Virus record (IMG/VR): IMGVR_UViG_3300007643_000048
Coordinates: 1-26,412 of that record
From: a virus
Taxonomy: Duplodnaviria > Caudoviricetes
Strand: one strand, 5' to 3'
DNA length: 26,412 nt
The position numbers and the translations under genes are program-made. The notes under the pieces were generated by a model. The model was not told the DNA's origin and did not search any database. It was given only the letters and a program-made list of their open reading frames with translations. Shown piece by piece: positions 24,705-26,412 of this stretch. The first letter of the stretch is position 1. Each line of letters opens with the position of its first letter.

Positions 24705-26102
24705 TTAAAATGCTATACCATCTTCTGTTACCATATCTGCAGTAACATCTTCTGGGTTAATAAATTTTGTTTTGTTCGCTTGGTAATGTAACGGTACATT
24801 ACCAAGCGAACCGTTACGATTCTTTGCTACGATTAGTGTTGCGTTTACATTGTAATCATCCATGCATAAAGAATTATATAAATCAGTGTTTGTTTCCCTA
24901 GTGAAACCATAGTACGTTGGTCTATACAACAACCCAATTACATCTGCAGCTTCTTCTATTGCAGATGATTCTTTAAGGTGGTGTTTACTAGGTATGTTAA
25001 AATTAGATCGTCGTACTTCACGACTTAATTGCGATAAGGCTATCACAGGTATATTTAACTCTTTTGCCAGGTTCTTTAACTCACGTGCTGCTTCACTTAT
25101 GTTTATACGCACATCTTTATCACCACTAAACATTTGTACAAAATCAACCACTAACATTTTTATTCCATGCTTACGATGCAACTGCCTTGCTTTACGCTTC
25201 ATTTCAACAACTGTTAATGCTGGTTGATCATCTATATACATTGGAAATTTATGTAGATAATTAACCACATTATTTAAACCATCAAAATATTCTGGCTTTT
25301 CGAATCCATTACGCATTAATTGATTCATGTGGTAATTACTTTCTACTGCAACACCTCGTAATGCTAACTGCACAACACTCATTTCCATACTAAACATACC
25401 AACAGCTAAACCTTCTTTTGCTACAGCTAACATGTTGTTTAATACAAATGCTGTTTTACCCATGCCAGAATCTGCACCAATAATTATTAAATCTTGTGGT
25501 TGCCAACCGTTAAAATGTTTATCGGTTGCTGTTAATCCTGTAGGTACACCAGTAACTTTACCTTGGTTATTTGTTAGGTGTTCTACTCTTAACGGAATAC
25601 TTAATACTGCATCACTCCACGACATAGAAGTATGACCTTTTGTTGTGGTATCAGTTAGCTTATCTACACCAGATGTGATAGAATCTATCAAATCAAATAC
25701 ATCTACTTTATCATTGTATGCATTTTCTATACCTTCACTGCAAAGTTTTATTACTTGTCTGGATATATATTTTTGTAATATAATCGTGCAATGATATTCT
25801 TGGTGCGCTGCAGATGCTATTGCTTCGGTTAATTCTATTAATTTAAAAGCACCACCAATATCTTCTAATTTACCATTGGTTTCTAATTGCTGCTGTACTG
25901 TTAGTAAATCTACAGGTTTAGATGCATCATACAATTGTTTTATAGCAATGAATATGTTTTGGTGTTCATCACTATAAAACACTTCTGGATTTGTAACAAC
26001 ACTAAACATATCATCTAAACCCTTTTTATTTATTAATGCTGCGCCTATTACTGCTTCTTCAAGTTCTAATGCTTGTGGTGGTATTTTACCTTTTAAAATC
26101 AT
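24705..26102 (-). CDS. dnaB: Replicative DNA helicase DnaB-like
   Basis: PPQALELEEAVIGA N-terminus, GMGKT Walker A, FSMEM, LSQLSR, IEEAAD and AKNRNG motifs. Confidence 0.95.
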   Translation of the reverse strand: MILKGKIPPQALELEEAVIGAALINKKGLDDMFSVVTNPEVFYSDEHQNIFIAIKQLYDASKPVDLLTVQQQLETNGKLEDIGGAFKLIELTEAIASAAHQEYHCTIILQKYISRQVIKLCSEGIENAYNDKVDVFDLIDSITSGVDKLTDTTTKGHTSMSWSDAVLSIPLRVEHLTNNQGKVTGVPTGLTATDKHFNGWQPQDLIIIGADSGMGKTAFVLNNMLAVAKEGLAVGMFSMEMSVVQLALRGVAVESNYHMNQLMRNGFEKPEYFDGLNNVVNYLHKFPMYIDDQPALTVVEMKRKARQLHRKHGIKMLVVDFVQMFSGDKDVRINISEAARELKNLAKELNIPVIALSQLSREVRRSNFNIPSKHHLKESSAIEEAADVIGLLYRPTYYGFTRETNTDLYNSLCMDDYNVNATLIVAKNRNGSLGNVPLHYQANKTKFINPEDVTADMVTEDGIAF

Positions 26103-26412
26103 TAACCTATTTTTTTAAATGTTGGTATTGCGTTTTCTTTCACTACTCGTAAATGTTTATCTGCTTGGAACCTTAACCAATTACGCGCATACTTTTTTAG
26201 CATACCAATCAACCACCCACCAAATTCTTTGTTTTTTATTTCGGCTTCGTCGTTAAAGTCTTTTATAAAGTCATTAAATTGTAGATCGGTTTTAAACTGT
26301 TTTTTATATTCCATTAAAAACTCCTGTTCGAATCTTATTTGATGATTATTTAAAACATAAAAAATTGCACTCGTAGGTATATTAATTGTATTATTAATAC
26401 TATATATAGAGC
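26102..26412 (-). CDS. 3' part of a gene entering from the right edge, possibly a replication initiator
   Basis: The frame of the 70-aa ORF stays open to the window end (SIYSINNTINIPTSAIFYVLNNHQIRFEQEFL-MEYKK...). TAATG overlap with dnaB; function inferred from position only. Confidence 0.6.
   Translation of the reverse strand, partial: SIYSINNTINIPTSAIFYVLNNHQIRFEQEFLMEYKKQFKTDLQFNDFIKDFNDEAEIKNKEFGGWLIGMLKKYARNWLRFQADKHLRVVKENAIPTFKKIG

Larger units (their letters stand above)
1..26412 (-). mobile_element. HK97-like siphophage/prophage segment (replication-packaging-head-tail modules), probable Flavobacteriaceae host
   Basis: Co-oriented minus-strand genes in canonical order HNH-terS-terL-portal-protease-capsid-connector-tail-TMP. 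The sequence is AT-rich, lacks obvious SD motifs and has A-rich translation starts. Confidence 0.95.

Noticed and set aside
1827-25635. Plus-strand ORFs in the ORF track (e.g. 2346-2669, 6907-7521, 8482-8829, 9660-9977)
   Set aside because: They lie antisense to well-supported minus-strand genes and have no recognisable motifs, so they are treated as shadow ORFs.

Overview
This AT-rich window is part of an HK97-like siphophage or prophage, probably from a Flavobacteriaceae/Bacteroidota host (inferred). Essentially all real genes are on the minus strand. From right to left they are: a partial replication protein, DnaB helicase, HNH nuclease, TerS, TerL, an accessory block, portal, prohead protease, major capsid, head-tail and tail genes, tape measure, tail hub and a partial tailspike. 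Two things stand out. (1) Between terL and portal lies an integron-like system: a tyrosine recombinase lacking the IntI-specific insertion, followed by 11 tandem cassettes bounded by attC-like hairpins. Each cassette starts with GTT... and carries the exact reverse complement ...AAC at the start of its downstream hairpin. Cargo includes two DNA methyltransferase-like genes, and some genes sit inside the hairpin loops. (2) A tRNA with an initiator (fMet)-like body but a CCU anticodon lies about 70 nt upstream of the tape measure gene. That gene appears to begin at an AGG codon, suggesting a private phage start codon/initiator tRNA pair. Also present are an in-frame TAG in the major capsid gene, a lambda-type GGGAAAG -1 frameshift site, and a tailspike with a Sec-type signal peptide. 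Product calls come from motif recognition and synteny only; no database searches were run.
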